From sequence record MK373786.1: a DNA stretch of 64,000 bases. One strand, given 5' to 3'. The DNA comes from Escherichia phage vB_EcoM_R5505. This document shows positions 20,201 to 35,527 of this stretch, one piece after another. The stretch's first letter is position 1; every line of letters starts with the position of its first letter. The position numbers were made by a program, and so were the translations under genes. The notes beneath the pieces are model-generated. The model saw only the letters and a program-made list of their open reading frames with translations. It was not told the DNA's origin and searched no databases.

Positions 20201-20366
20201 TCAAGGTCAATTGCCGTCTGAACGACGTAAATTAATGAGTCCTTTATTTGATGCATCTGGAACAACATTTGCGCAATTTAGAGATTTAGTTAATAAACGT
20301 CTAAAAGACAATATAGGAAATCCAAGAGACCCTGAAAATCCAACACAGGTTAAAATAGATGAATGA
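17265..20366 (+). CDS. 7: baseplate wedge protein gp7
   Basis: 1033-aa ORF overlapping gene 6 stop (ATGA); size and synteny as T4 gp7. Confidence 0.9.
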   Translation: MTVKAPSVTSLRISKLSANQVQVRWDDVGANFYYFVEIAETKTDSGEKLPSNQYRWINLGYTANNSFFFDDADPLTTYIIRVATAAQDFEQSDWIYTEEFETFATNAYTFQNMIEMQLANKFIQEKFTLNNSDYVNFNNDTIMAALMNESFQFSPSYVDVSSISNFIIGENEYHEIQGSIQQVCKDINRVYLMESEGILYLFERYQPIVKVSNDKGQTWKAVKLFNDRVGYPLSKTVYYQSANTTYVLGYDKIFYGRKSTDVRWSADDVRFSSQDITFAKLGDQLHLGFDVEIFATYATLPANVYRIAEAITCTDDYIYVVARDKVRYIKTSNAPIDSDPLSPTYSERLFEPDTMTITGNPKAVCYKMDSIGDKVFALIIGEVETLNANPRTSKIIDSADKGIYVLNHDEKTWKRVFGNTEEERRRIQPGYANMSTDGKLVSLSSSNFKFLSDNVVNDPETVVKYQLIGAVKYEFPREWLTDKHYHMMAFIADETSDWETFTPQPMKYYAEPFFNWSKKSNTRCWINNSDRAVVVVYADLKYTKVIENIPETSPDRLVHEYWDDGDCTIVMPNVKFTGFKKYASGMLFYKASGEIISYYDFNYRVRDTVEIIWKPTEVFLKAFLQNQEHETPWSPEEERGLADPDLRPLIGTMMPDSYLLQDSNFEAFCEAYIQYLSDGYGTQYNNLRNLIRNQYPREEHAWEYLWSEIYKRNIYLNADKRDAVARFFESRSYDFYSTKGIEASYKFLFKVLYNEEVEIEIESGAGTEYDIIVQSDSLTEDLVGQTIYTATGRCNVTYIERSYSNGKLQWTVTIHNLLGRLIAGQEVKAERLPSFEGEIIRGVKGKDLLQNNIDYINRSRSYYVMKIKSNLPSSRWKSDVIRFVHPVGFGFIAITLLTMFINVGLTLKHTETIINKYKNYKWDSGLPTEYADRVAKLTPAGEIEHDSVTGEAIYEPGPMAGVEYPLPDDYNAENNNSIFQGQLPSERRKLMSPLFDASGTTFAQFRDLVNKRLKDNIGNPRDPENPTQVKIDE

Positions 20367-21363
20367 TTCAAGTGTTATCTATCGTGCGATAGTTACTTCA
20401 AAATTTAGAACAGAAAAAATGTTGAATTTTTATAATTCAATTGGAAGTGGTCCGGATAAAAACACTATCTTTATCACATTTGGAAGATCAGAACCGTGGT
20501 CATCAAATGAAAATGAGGTGGGCTTTGCCCCACCTTATCCAACCGATTCTGTATTAGGCGTAACTGACATGTGGACGCATATGATGGGAACAGTAAAGGT
20601 TCTTCCATCAATGCTTGATGCTGTTATTCCTCGCAGAGATTGGGGAGATACTAGATATCCGGATCCATACACATTTAGAATTAACGATATTGTAGTGTGT
20701 AACTCAGCTCCTTACAATGCTACTGAATCAGGCGCAGGCTGGTTAGTATATCGTTGTTTAGATGTTCCTGATACCGGAATGTGTTCAATCTCATCTTTAA
20801 CTGATAAAGATGAATGCCTCAAATTAGGTGGAAAATGGACTCCTTCTGCTAGGTCAATGACTCCTCCTGAAGGTCGAGGAGATGCTGAAGGAACAATTGA
20901 ACCTGGAGACGGGTATGTATGGGAATATCTATTTGAGATTCCGCCTGATGTATCTATAAATAGATGCACGAATGAATATATCGTGGTTCCTTGGCCTGAG
21001 GAATTAAAAGAAGACCCGACTAGATGGGGATATGAAGATAATCTCACTTGGCAACAAGATGATTTTGGATTAATTTACCGTGTTAAGGCAAATACTATCC
21101 GTTTTAAAGCATATTTAGATTCAGTTTATTTTCCTGAAGCTGCATTGCCAGGAAATAAAGGATTTAGACAAATATCAATAATCACGAATCCTCTTGAAGC
21201 TAAAGCTCATCCAAATGACCCAAACGTTAAAGCTGAAAAGGATTATTATGATCCGGAAGATTTAATGAGGCATTCGGGCGAAATGATTTATATGGAAAAT
21301 AGGCCACCTATTATTATGGCAATGGATCAAACAGAAGAAATCAATATTCTGTTTACATTTTAA
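20359..21363 (+). CDS. 8: baseplate wedge protein gp8
   Basis: 334-aa ORF; size and synteny as T4 gp8. Confidence 0.9.
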   Translation: MNDSSVIYRAIVTSKFRTEKMLNFYNSIGSGPDKNTIFITFGRSEPWSSNENEVGFAPPYPTDSVLGVTDMWTHMMGTVKVLPSMLDAVIPRRDWGDTRYPDPYTFRINDIVVCNSAPYNATESGAGWLVYRCLDVPDTGMCSISSLTDKDECLKLGGKWTPSARSMTPPEGRGDAEGTIEPGDGYVWEYLFEIPPDVSINRCTNEYIVVPWPEELKEDPTRWGYEDNLTWQQDDFGLIYRVKANTIRFKAYLDSVYFPEAALPGNKGFRQISIITNPLEAKAHPNDPNVKAEKDYYDPEDLMRHSGEMIYMENRPPIIMAMDQTEEINILFTF

Positions 21364-21368
21364 ATTAA

Positions 21369-21391
21369 GGGAGCCCATGGGCTCCCTTTTT
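21369..21391 (+). terminator. rho-independent terminator after gene 8
   Basis: Hairpin GGGAGCCC-AT-GGGCTCCC followed by TTTTT. Confidence 0.65.
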
Positions 21392-21394
21392 CTT

Positions 21395-21402
21395 TATAAA
21401 TA
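21395..21402 (+). promoter_or_regulatory. late promoter (TATAAATA) for gene 9
   Basis: Exact TATAAATA 25 nt upstream of gene 9 ATG. Confidence 0.6.
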
Positions 21403-21426
21403 CTATAAACTCATAAGGAAACCGCT

Positions 21427-22293
21427 ATGTTCATTCAAGAACCAAAGAAATTGATTGATACCGGCGAAATTGGTAACGCTTCTACTGGTGATATCTTATT
21501 CGACGGTGGTAATAAAATTAATAGTGATTTTAACGCAATTTATAATGCGTTTGGCGATCAGCGTAAAATGGCAGTAGCAAATGGCACTGGAGCAGATGGT
21601 CAAATTATCCATGCTACTGGATATTATCAAAAACACTCTATTACAGAGTACGCAACTCCAGTGAAAGTTGGCACTAGACATGATATTGATACCTCTACTG
21701 TAGGTGTTAAAGTTATCATTGAAAGAGGCGAACTCGGCGACTGTGTTGAATTTATTAACTCAAATGGATCAATATCAGTTACTAATCCTTTAACAATTCA
21801 AGCTATTGATTCAATTAAAGGTGTTTCGGGTAATTTAGTAGTAACTAGCCCATATAGTAAAGTTACTTTACGCTGTATTTCATCTGATAATTCTACTTCG
21901 GTTTGGAATTATTCTATTGAAAGTATGTTTGGACAAAAGGAATCACCAGCTGAAGGTACATGGAATATTTCTACATCTGGATCAGTTGACATTCCATTAT
22001 TTCATCGCACTGAATACAATATGGCTAAATTGCTAGTTACGTGCCAATCGGTAGATGGAAGAAAAATTAAAACAGCAGAAATAAATATTCTTGTGGATAC
22101 TGTTAATTCAGAGGTAATTTCTTCTGAATATGCTGTCATGCGAGTTGGGAATGAAACCGAAGAAGACGAAATCGCTAATATTGCATTTAGTATTAAAGAA
22201 AACTATGTAACGGCGACTATAAGTTCTTCAACTGTCGGTATGAGAGCAGCAGTTAAAGTTATCGCTACGCAGAAAATCGGGGTGGCTCAATAA
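21427..22293 (+). CDS. 9: baseplate long-tail-fibre socket protein gp9
   Basis: 288-aa ORF; size and synteny as T4 gp9. Confidence 0.9.
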   Translation: MFIQEPKKLIDTGEIGNASTGDILFDGGNKINSDFNAIYNAFGDQRKMAVANGTGADGQIIHATGYYQKHSITEYATPVKVGTRHDIDTSTVGVKVIIERGELGDCVEFINSNGSISVTNPLTIQAIDSIKGVSGNLVVTSPYSKVTLRCISSDNSTSVWNYSIESMFGQKESPAEGTWNISTSGSVDIPLFHRTEYNMAKLLVTCQSVDGRKIKTAEINILVDTVNSEVISSEYAVMRVGNETEEDEIANIAFSIKENYVTATISSSTVGMRAAVKVIATQKIGVAQ

Positions 22294-24156
22294 TGAAACA
22301 AAATATTAATATCGGTAATGTTGTAGATGATGGTACCGGTGACTACCTGCGTAAAGGTGGTATAAAAATAAATGAAAACTTTGATGAGCTTTATTATGAA
22401 CTCGGTGATGGTGATGTTCCATATTCAGCCGGTGCCTGGAAAACTTATAATGCTTCATCAGGACAAACATTAACAGCAGAATGGGGAAAATCATACGCTA
22501 TTAATACATCTTCTGGAAGAGTGACTATAAATCTTCCAAAGGGTACAGTTAATGATTACAACAAGGTAATTAGAGCTAGAGACGTATTTGCTACGTGGAA
22601 CGTCAACCCAGTTACACTAGTAGCTGCTTCCGGCGATACGATTAAAGGGTCTGCAGTACCAGTTGAAATTAATGTTCAATTCAGCGATTTAGAACTAGTG
22701 TATTGTGCCCCAGGACGTTGGGAATATGTCAAAAATAAACGATTTAGAACTAGTGTATTGTGCCCCAGGACGTTGGGAATATGTCAAAAATAAACAAATT
22801 GACAAAATTACCAGTTCAGACATTAGTAATGTAGCTCGTAAAGAATTTTTAGTCGAAGTCCAAGGGCAAACAGACTTTTTAGATGTTTTCCGTGGAACTA
22901 GTTATAATGTAAATAACATCAGAGTAAAACATCGTGGTAACGAATTGTATTACGGCGATGTGTTTAGCGAAAACAGCGATTTTGGCTCTCCGGGCGAAAA
23001 TGAAGGAGAACTAGTTCCTCTTGATGGATTTAATATTCGATTAAGACAGCCTTGTAATATTGGTGATACTGTTCAAATTGAAACATTTATGGATGGTGTA
23101 TCGCAGTGGAGAAGTTCATATACAAGACGTCAAATTAGATTGTTAGATTCAAAATTAACGTCAAAAACTTCTCTAGAAGGAAGTATTTACGTTGCTGATT
23201 TATCAACAATGAAATCAATTCCATTTTCTGCTTTTGGATTAATTCCAGGAGAACCTATTAATCCTAATTCTCTTGAGGTTCGTTTTAACGGGATTTTGCA
23301 GGAATTGGCTGGAACAGTTGGAATGCCATTATTTCATTGTGTTGGTGCCGATTCAGACGATGAAGTAGAATGCTCTGTTTTAGGTGGAACTTGGGAACAA
23401 TCTCATACCGATTATTCAGTTGAAACTGATGAAAACGGCATACCGGAAATTTTACATTTCGATAGAGTATTTGAGCATGGTGACATTATCAATATCACCT
23501 GGTTTAATAATGATTTGGGTACATTATTAACAAAAGATGAGATTATTGATGAAACTGACAATCTCTATGTATCGCAAGGACCAGGAGTAGATATTTCCGG
23601 TGATGTAAATTTAACAGACTTCGATAAAATTGGTTGGCCAAATGTAGAAGCAGTTCAATCTTATCAACGCGAATTTAATGCTGTTTCAAATATCTTTGAT
23701 ACGATTTATCCTATTGGAACTATATATGAAAACGCCGTTAATCCAAACAACCCTGTTACATATATGGGATTCGGCTCATGGAAATTATTTGGGCAAGGAA
23801 AAGTTTTAGTTGGATGGAATGAAGATATTTCGGACCCTAACTTTGCTCTAAATAACAACGATTTAGATTCGGGTGGAAATCCTTCACATACTGCAGGTGG
23901 AACAGGTGGTTCTACTTCTGTTACATTGGAAAATGCTAATCTTCCTGCAACTGAAACAGATGAAGAAGTTCTAATAGTTGATGAAAATGGATCAGTCATT
24001 GTTGGTGGGTGTCAATACGATCCAGATGAATCCGGTCCAATCTACACTAAATACCGTGAAGCTAAAGCATCTACTAACTCTACTCACACTCCGCCAACAT
24101 CAATAACTAACATTCAACCATATATTACAGTTTATCGTTGGATAAGGATTGCATAA
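22293..24156 (+). pseudogene. 10: baseplate wedge protein gp10, frameshifted by a 55-bp tandem duplication
   Basis: Frame from ATG 22293 stops at 22791-22793 after reading the second repeat copy out of frame; remaining ~455 codons continue in the +1 frame to 24156 (in-frame ATG at 22726); one copy removed gives a 602-codon ORF. Confidence 0.85.
22686..22795 (+). repeat. perfect 55-bp direct tandem duplication (2 copies)
   Basis: 22686-22740 and 22741-22795 identical: GATTTAGAACTAGTGTATTGTGCCCCAGGACGTTGGGAATATGTCAAAAATAAAC. Confidence 0.95.
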
Positions 24157-24815
24157 TGAGTTTACTTAATAATAAAGCGGGAGTTATTTCCCGCTTAGCC
24201 GATTTTCTTGGTTTTAGACCTAAAGCTGGTAATATAGATGTAATGAATCGCCAATCAGTTGGGTCAGTGACAATTTCTCAATTAGCGAAAGGATTTTATG
24301 AACCAAACGTAGAATCAGCTATTAATGACGTTCACAATTTTTCTATAAAAGACGTTGGTACAATTATTACTAATAAAACTGGTGTTTCTCCTGAGGGTGT
24401 TTCTCAAACTGATTATTGGGCATTTTCTGGAACTGTAACAGACGATTCTCTTCCTCCGGGTTCTCCCGTTACGGTATTAGTATTTGGTCTTCCAGTTTCA
24501 GCAACAACTGGAATGACGGCAATTGAGTTTGTTGCAAAAGTTCGTGTTGCCCTCCAAGAAGCTATTGCGTCATTTACTGCTATCAACTCATATAAAGACC
24601 ATCCAACAGATGGTAGTAAATTAGAAGTTACTTATTTAGATAATCAAAAACATGTATTAAGCACATATTCTACATATGGAATAACTATTTCACAGGAAAT
24701 TATTTCTGAGTCTAAACCTGGCTATGGTACATGGAATTTATTAGGCGCGCAAACTGTAACTTTAGATAATCAGCAGACTCCTACAGTATTTTATCATTTT
24801 GAGAGAACAGCATGA
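24156..24815 (+). CDS. 11: baseplate short-tail-fibre connector gp11
   Basis: ATG at 24156 overlaps gene 10 stop (TAATG); 219 aa [20 protein letters not shown]... Confidence 0.9.
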   Translation: MSLLNNKAGVISRLADFLGFRPKAGNIDVMNRQSVGSVTISQLAKGFYEPNVESAINDVHNFSIKDVGTIITNKTGVSPEGVSQTDYWAFSGTVTDDSLPPGSPVTVLVFGLPVSATTGMTAIEFVAKVRVALQEAIASFTAINSYKDHPTDGSKLEVTYLDNQKHVLSTYSTYGITISQEIISESKPGYGTWNLLGAQTVTLDNQQTPTVFYHFERTA

Positions 24816-26395
24816 GTAATAATACATATCAACACGTTTCTAATGAATCTCGTTATGTAAAATTTGATCCTACCGATACGAATTTTCCACCAGAGATTAC
24901 TGATGTTCAGGCTGCTATAGCAGCCATTTCTCCTGCTGGCGTAAATGGAGTTCCTGATGCATCGTCAACAACAAAGGGAATTTTATTTCTTGCCACTGAA
25001 CAGGAAGTTATAGATGGAACTAATAATACCAAAGCAGTTACACCAGCAACGTTGGCAACAAGATTATCATATCCAAACGCAACTGAAACTGTTTACGGAT
25101 TAACAAGATATTCAACCAATGATGAAGCCATTGCCGGAGTTAATAATGAATCTTCTATAACTCCAGCTAAATTTACTGTTGCTCTTAATAATGCGTTTGA
25201 AACACGAGTTTCAACTGAATCCTCGAATGGTGTTATTAAAATTTCATCTCTACCGCAAGCATTAGCTGGTGCAGATGATACTACTGCAATGACTCCATTA
25301 AAAACACAGCAGTTAGCTATTAAATTAATTGCGCAAATTGCTCCTTCTGAAACCACAGCTACTGAATCGGACCAAGGTGTTGTTCAATTAGCAACAGTAG
25401 CGCAGGTTCGTCAGGGAACTTTAAGAGAAGGCTATGCAATTTCTCCTTATACGTTTATGAATTCATCTGCTACTGAAGAATATAAAGGCGTAATTAAATT
25501 AGGAACACAATCAGAAGTTAACTCGAATAATGCTTCTGTTGCGGTTACTGGCGCAACTCTTAATGGTCGTGGTTCTACAACGTCAATGAGAGGCGTAGTT
25601 AAATTAACTACAACTGCCGGCTCACAGAGTGGAGGTGATGCTTCATCAGCACTAGCTTGGAATGCTGATGTTATCCACCAAAGAGGTGGTCAAACGATTA
25701 ATGGAACACTTCGCATTAATAATACGCTCACGATAGCTTCAGGTGGAGCAAATATTACCGGAACAGTTAACATGACCGGTGGTTATATTCAAGGTAAGCG
25801 TGTCGTAACACAAAATGAAATTGATAGAACCATTCCTGTCGGAGCTATTATGATGTGGGCCGCTGATAGTCTTCCTAGTGATGCTTGGCGTTTTTGCCAT
25901 GGCGGAACTGTTTCAGCATCAGATTGTCCATTATATGCTTCTAGAATTGGAACAAGATACGGCGGAAGTTCATCAAATCCTGGATTACCTGATATGCGCG
26001 GTCTTTTTGTTCGCGGCTCTGGTCGTGGCTCTCACTTAACAAATCCAAATGTTAATGGTAATGACCAGTTTGGTAAGCCTAGATTAGGTGTAGGTTGTAC
26101 TGGTGGATATGTTGGTGAAGTACAAAAACAACAGATGTCTTATCATAAACATGCGGGCGGATTTGGTGAGCATGATGATTCTGGGGCATTCGGTAATACC
26201 CGTAGATCAAATTTTGTTGGTACACGCAAAGGACTTGACTGGGATAACCGTTCATACTTCACCAATGACGGATATGAAATTGACCCGGCATCACAACGAA
26301 ATTCCAAATATACATTAAATCGTCCTGAATTAATTGGAAATGAAACACGTCCATGGAACATTTCTTTAAACTACATAATTAAGGTAAAAGAATGA
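24812..26395 (+). CDS. 12: short tail fibre gp12
   Basis: 527-aa ORF; Gly/Thr/Ala-rich fibre repeats; size and synteny as T4 gp12. Confidence 0.9.
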   Translation: MSNNTYQHVSNESRYVKFDPTDTNFPPEITDVQAAIAAISPAGVNGVPDASSTTKGILFLATEQEVIDGTNNTKAVTPATLATRLSYPNATETVYGLTRYSTNDEAIAGVNNESSITPAKFTVALNNAFETRVSTESSNGVIKISSLPQALAGADDTTAMTPLKTQQLAIKLIAQIAPSETTATESDQGVVQLATVAQVRQGTLREGYAISPYTFMNSSATEEYKGVIKLGTQSEVNSNNASVAVTGATLNGRGSTTSMRGVVKLTTTAGSQSGGDASSALAWNADVIHQRGGQTINGTLRINNTLTIASGGANITGTVNMTGGYIQGKRVVTQNEIDRTIPVGAIMMWAADSLPSDAWRFCHGGTVSASDCPLYASRIGTRYGGSSSNPGLPDMRGLFVRGSGRGSHLTNPNVNGNDQFGKPRLGVGCTGGYVGEVQKQQMSYHKHAGGFGEHDDSGAFGNTRRSNFVGTRKGLDWDNRSYFTNDGYEIDPASQRNSKYTLNRPELIGNETRPWNISLNYIIKVKE

Positions 26396-27855
26396 CAGAT
26401 ATTGTACTGAATGACTTACCATTCGTTGACGGCCCTCCTGCAGAGGGCCAGAGCCGCATTTCCTGGATTAAAAACGGCGAAGAAATATTAGGAGCTGACA
26501 CACAGTATGGAAGTGAAGGTTCAATGAATAGACCTACAGTTTCTGTACTAAGAAATGTTGAAGTTCTCGATAAAAACATTGGAATACTTAAAACATCTTT
26601 AGAAACCGCAAATAGTGATATTAAAACAATTCAGGGCATCTTAGATGTATCTGGTGATATTGAAGCTTTGGCCCAAATAAGTATCAATAAAAATGATATT
26701 TCTGACCTTAAAACGCTAACCAGTGAACACACAGAAATATTAAATGGAACTAATAATACGGTTGACAGTATTCTTGCCGATATTGGTCCATTTAACTCCG
26801 AGGCCAACTCTGTATACAGAACAATCAGAAATGATTTATTGTGGATAAAGCGTGAACTTGGACAATACACTGGTCAAGATATTAATGGTCTTCCTGTTGT
26901 AGGAAATCCTAGTAGTGGAATGAAGCATCGTATTATTAATAATACTGATGTCATTACTTCACAGGGAATACGTTTAAGCGAATTAGAAACAAAATTTATT
27001 GAATCTGATGTAGGTTCTTTGACTATTGAAGTTGGTAATCTTCGTGAAGAGCTTGGACCGAAACCACCATCATTTTCACAGAACGTTTACAGCCGCTTAA
27101 ATGAAATTGACACTAAACAGACAACAGTTGAGTCTGACATTAGTGCTATTAAGACCTCAATAGGATATCCAGGAAATAATTCGATTATTACTAGTGTTAA
27201 TACAAACACTGATAATATTGCATCTATTAATTTAGAGCTAAATCAAAGTGGAGGTATTAAACAGCGTTTAACCGTTATTGAAACTTCTATTGGCTCAGAC
27301 GATATTCCTTCAAGTATTAAAGGCCAAATCAAAGATAATACAACTTCAATCGAATCTCTAAATGGAATCGTCGGTGAAAACACTTCATCTGGTTTAAGAG
27401 CGAATGTTTCATGGTTAAACCAAATTGTTGGAACTGATTCTAGCGGTGGACAACCTTCTCCTCCTGGGTCTCTTTTAAACCGAGTTTCTACAATTGAAAC
27501 TTCTGTTTCAGGCTTGAATAATGATGTTCAAAACCTACAAGTAGAGATTGGTAATAACAGCACAGGAATTAAAGGGCAAGTTGTAGCGTTAAATACTTTA
27601 GTAAATGGAACTAATCCAAACGGTTCAACTGTTGAAGAACGCGGATTAATCAATTCAATAAAAGCTAACGAAACCAACATTGCATCAGTTACACAAGAAG
27701 TGAATACAGCTAAAGGCAATATATCTTCTTTACAAGGCGATGTTCAAGCTCTCCAAGAAGCCGGTTATATTCCTGAAGCGCCAAGAGATGGGCAAGCTTA
27801 CGTTCGTAAAGACGGCGAATGGGTATTGCTTTCTACCTTTTTATCACCAGCATAA
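26392..27855 (+). CDS. wac: fibritin (whisker protein)
   Basis: 487-aa ORF ending in the foldon sequence [27 protein letters not shown]; long coiled-coil body. Confidence 0.95.
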   Translation: MTDIVLNDLPFVDGPPAEGQSRISWIKNGEEILGADTQYGSEGSMNRPTVSVLRNVEVLDKNIGILKTSLETANSDIKTIQGILDVSGDIEALAQISINKNDISDLKTLTSEHTEILNGTNNTVDSILADIGPFNSEANSVYRTIRNDLLWIKRELGQYTGQDINGLPVVGNPSSGMKHRIINNTDVITSQGIRLSELETKFIESDVGSLTIEVGNLREELGPKPPSFSQNVYSRLNEIDTKQTTVESDISAIKTSIGYPGNNSIITSVNTNTDNIASINLELNQSGGIKQRLTVIETSIGSDDIPSSIKGQIKDNTTSIESLNGIVGENTSSGLRANVSWLNQIVGTDSSGGQPSPPGSLLNRVSTIETSVSGLNNDVQNLQVEIGNNSTGIKGQVVALNTLVNGTNPNGSTVEERGLINSIKANETNIASVTQEVNTAKGNISSLQGDVQALQEAGYIPEAPRDGQAYVRKDGEWVLLSTFLSPA

Positions 27856-27858
27856 CAT

Positions 27859-27874
27859 GGGGCCGCAAGGCCCC
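27859..27874 (+). terminator. stem-loop GGGGCCGCAAGGCCCC after wac
   Basis: 6-bp GC stem with GCAA loop 4 nt after wac stop; no clear U-run. Confidence 0.4.
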
Positions 27875-27886
27875 AAAGGATTTTAA

Positions 27887-29588
<1,702 letters not shown>

Positions 29589-29629
29589 TAAATATTATAA
29601 ACTAATTAAAGCCCAGATTAGGAGAAATC

Positions 29630-32770
<3,141 letters not shown>

Positions 32771-32798
32771 TATTAAAGCATATTAAAGAGGATTAAAA

Positions 32799-34778
32799 AT
32801 GACTTTATTATCTCCGGGCATTGAGCTCAAAGAAACTACGGTTCAAAGCACCGTGGTTAATAACTCTACTGGTACAGCAGCTTTGGCCGGTAAATTCCAG
32901 TGGGGTCCTGCTTTTCAGATTAAACAGGTTACAAATGAAGTAGATTTAGTTAATACTTTTGGTCAACCAACCGCTGAAACTGCTGACTATTTTATGTCTG
33001 CGATGAATTTCTTGCAGTACGGAAATGACTTACGAGTGGTTCGTGCTGTTGATAGAGATACCGCTAAAAACTCATCGCCAATTGCTGGTAATATTGAATA
33101 CACAATTTCTACCCCAGGTAGTAACTATGCGGTTGGAGATAAAATCACGGTCAAATATGTTTCAGATGATATTGAAACTGAAGGTAAAATTACTGAAGTA
33201 GACGCAGATGGAAAAATTAAGAAAATTAATATTCCTACTGCAAAAATTATCGCTAAAGCTAAAGAAGTCGGTGAATATCCAGCACTAGGTTCTAACTGGA
33301 CTGCGGAAATTTCTTCGTCTTCCTCTGGTTTAGCTGCAGTAATAACTCTTGGAAAAATTATTACTGATTCTGGTATTTTATTAGCTGAAATTGAAAATGC
33401 TGAAGCTGCAATTACAGCGGTTGACTTTCAAGCAAATCTCGAAAAATACGGAATTCCAGGAGTAGTAGCTCTTTATCCAGGCGAATTAGGCGATAAAATT
33501 GAAATTGAAATCGTATCTAAAGCTGACTACGCAAAAGGAGCTTCTGCATTACTCCCAATTTATCCGGGCGGTGGTACTCGTGCATCTACTGCTAAAGCAG
33601 TGTTTGGATATGGACCACAAACTGATTCACAGTATGCTATTATAGTTCGTCGTAATGATGCTATTGTTCAAAGCGTTGTTCTTTCAACTAAGCGTGGTGA
33701 AAAAGATATTTACGATAGTAACATCTATATCGATGACTTTTTCGCAAAAGGTGGTTCAGAATATATTTTTGCAACTGCGCAAAACTGGCCAGAAGGCTTC
33801 TCTGGAATTTTAACTCTGTCTGGTGGATTATCATCAAATGCTGAAGTAACAGCAGGAGATTTGATGGAAGCTTGGGACTTCTTTGCTGACCGTGAATCCG
33901 TTGATGTTCAACTGTTTATTGCGGGTTCTTGTGCCGGTGAATCTTTAGAAACAGCATCTACTGTCCAAAAACACGTCGTTTCAATTGGGGATGCTCGCCA
34001 AGATTGCTTAGTATTATGCTCTCCTCCGCGTGAAACTGTAGTTGGAATTCCTGTAACTCGTGCTGTTGATAACTTAGTCAATTGGAGAACTGCAGCAGGT
34101 TCATACACTGATAATAATTTTAATATCAGTTCAACCTATGCAGCAATCGACGGCAACTACAAATATCAGTATGACAAATATAATGATGTGAATCGTTGGG
34201 TTCCATTAGCAGCTGATATTGCTGGTTTATGCGCGAGAACCGATAACGTTTCTCAGACTTGGATGTCTCCAGCTGGTTATAATCGTGGCCAAATTTTGAA
34301 CGTTATTAAACTGGCTATTGAAACTCGCCAGGCTCAGCGCGACCGTTTATACCAAGAAGCTATCAACCCGGTAACTGGTACAGGTGGTGATGGTTACGTA
34401 TTGTATGGTGATAAAACAGCTACTTCTGTTCCTTCTCCGTTTGATCGTATTAACGTTCGTCGTCTGTTTAATATGTTGAAAACGAATATCGGACGTAGTT
34501 CAAAATATCGTTTGTTCGAATTAAACAATGCGTTTACTCGTTCATCATTCCGCACAGAAACTGCCCAGTACTTACAGGGAATTAAAGCTCTCGGTGGAAT
34601 TTATGAATATCGTGTAGTTTGCGATACAACAAATAACACTCCGTCAGTAATTGATAGAAATGAGTTTGTTGCAACATTCTACATCCAACCGGCGCGCAGT
34701 ATAAATTATATTACTTTGAATTTCGTCGCAACTGCTACCGGCGCAGATTTCGATGAGTTAACTGGTCTTGCAGGTTAA
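32799..34778 (+). CDS. 18: tail sheath protein gp18
   Basis: 659-aa ORF; size and synteny as T4 gp18. Confidence 0.95.
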   Translation: MTLLSPGIELKETTVQSTVVNNSTGTAALAGKFQWGPAFQIKQVTNEVDLVNTFGQPTAETADYFMSAMNFLQYGNDLRVVRAVDRDTAKNSSPIAGNIEYTISTPGSNYAVGDKITVKYVSDDIETEGKITEVDADGKIKKINIPTAKIIAKAKEVGEYPALGSNWTAEISSSSSGLAAVITLGKIITDSGILLAEIENAEAAITAVDFQANLEKYGIPGVVALYPGELGDKIEIEIVSKADYAKGASALLPIYPGGGTRASTAKAVFGYGPQTDSQYAIIVRRNDAIVQSVVLSTKRGEKDIYDSNIYIDDFFAKGGSEYIFATAQNWPEGFSGILTLSGGLSSNAEVTAGDLMEAWDFFADRESVDVQLFIAGSCAGESLETASTVQKHVVSIGDARQDCLVLCSPPRETVVGIPVTRAVDNLVNWRTAAGSYTDNNFNISSTYAAIDGNYKYQYDKYNDVNRWVPLAADIAGLCARTDNVSQTWMSPAGYNRGQILNVIKLAIETRQAQRDRLYQEAINPVTGTGGDGYVLYGDKTATSVPSPFDRINVRRLFNMLKTNIGRSSKYRLFELNNAFTRSSFRTETAQYLQGIKALGGIYEYRVVCDTTNNTPSVIDRNEFVATFYIQPARSINYITLNFVATATGADFDELTGLAG

Positions 34779-34785
34779 TTGATAT

Positions 34786-34799
34786 GGGGCTTCGGCCCC
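34786..34799 (+). terminator. stem-loop GGGGCTTCGGCCCC after gene 18
   Basis: 5-bp GC stem with TTCG loop 8 nt after gene 18 stop; the in-frame ATG at 34784 lies inside this hairpin. Confidence 0.5.
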
Positions 34800-34816
34800 T
34801 ATTCTCGAGGAATCAA

Positions 34817-35434
34817 GTGATTATTTCTAAATTTATTAAAGTGAAAATTGTACCATCAAATTTTAAACATTATCAGTCAAAGGGTTATAAATTAACACCT
34901 CTTGGAGCGGTTAAACACGGATTTAGGTATTATGAAATTGATGTTAAAGTTGAAGACATTAAAGGTAGTACCGCGTATGTAAAATGCCGTTGCGATAAAT
35001 GTGGAATTGAATATAACCAACGCATTGGAAGAAACACTGATATTTGTCGTGATTGCCGTCATAAAGATAAAATGCGTAATAATTCATATGGTTCCGCGAA
35101 TAAAGGAAAAACAGTAGAATGTATGCATGGCGCAAATCATCCAAGATGGAACCCAAATAAATCTGAAATGCGTGAATATATTTCATTGGTATATAAAGAA
35201 ACTCGTAAGCATAAGAAAATTTGGTCAAAATGGCCAAATGCTGATAAAATAGGAGTGTGCGGTACAAAAGGTGCTTACCAACTTGATCATAAGATATCTA
35301 TCAAATACGGTTTTGATAATTTAATTCCTGCTAAAATAATTGGCGGTATTAATAATTTAGAAATAATCACTTGGGAATCTAACCGAGAAAAATCCAAAAG
35401 AAATAGTGTAGATCTTTGGGATTTACTAGAATGA
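34817..35434 (+). CDS. free-standing HNH-family endonuclease (putative homing endonuclease) inserted between genes 18 and 19
   Basis: Cys4 zinc-finger region (CRCDKCG...CRDCRH) plus HNH-like core (GAYQLDHKISIKYG...NLEIITWESNREK); likely GTG start at 34817 preceded by SD GAGGA; ORF track starts at ATG 34784. Confidence 0.7.
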   Translation: MIISKFIKVKIVPSNFKHYQSKGYKLTPLGAVKHGFRYYEIDVKVEDIKGSTAYVKCRCDKCGIEYNQRIGRNTDICRDCRHKDKMRNNSYGSANKGKTVECMHGANHPRWNPNKSEMREYISLVYKETRKHKKIWSKWPNADKIGVCGTKGAYQLDHKISIKYGFDNLIPAKIIGGINNLEIITWESNREKSKRNSVDLWDLLE

Positions 35435-35441
35435 TTCTAAA

Positions 35442-35459
35442 GGCCTGTTTCGGCAGGCC
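35442..35459 (+). terminator. stem-loop GGCCTG-TTTCGG-CAGGCC after the HNH gene
   Basis: 6-bp stem starting 8 nt after HNH stop; followed directly by TATAAATA. Confidence 0.45.
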
Positions 35460-35460
35460 A

Positions 35461-35468
35461 TATAAATA
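35461..35468 (+). promoter_or_regulatory. late promoter TATAAATA (distal copy) upstream of gene 19
   Basis: Exact TATAAATA 81 nt upstream of gene 19 ATG. Confidence 0.5.
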
Positions 35469-35519
35469 CACTATATCCTTAATTCTTTAATTCTATATGC
35501 CCTAGGTTAAACATAGGGA

Positions 35520-35527
35520 TATAAATA
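35520..35527 (+). promoter_or_regulatory. late promoter TATAAATA (proximal copy) for gene 19
   Basis: Exact TATAAATA 14 nt upstream of gene 19 ATG, preceded by hairpin CCCTA-N9-TAGGG (35500-35518). Confidence 0.55.

Noticed and set aside
22293-24156. Interpretation of 22293-22793 and 22705-24156 as two distinct genes
   Set aside because: Both are halves of gene 10 separated only by the frameshift created by the 55-bp duplication; the 22705 start is a GTG inside the first repeat copy.
34784-34786. ATG used by the ORF track as the HNH gene start
   Set aside because: The ATG lies inside the GGGGCTTCGGCCCC hairpin 8 nt after gene 18 stop with no SD; the in-frame GTG at 34817 has a well-spaced GAGGA, so the gene probably starts there.
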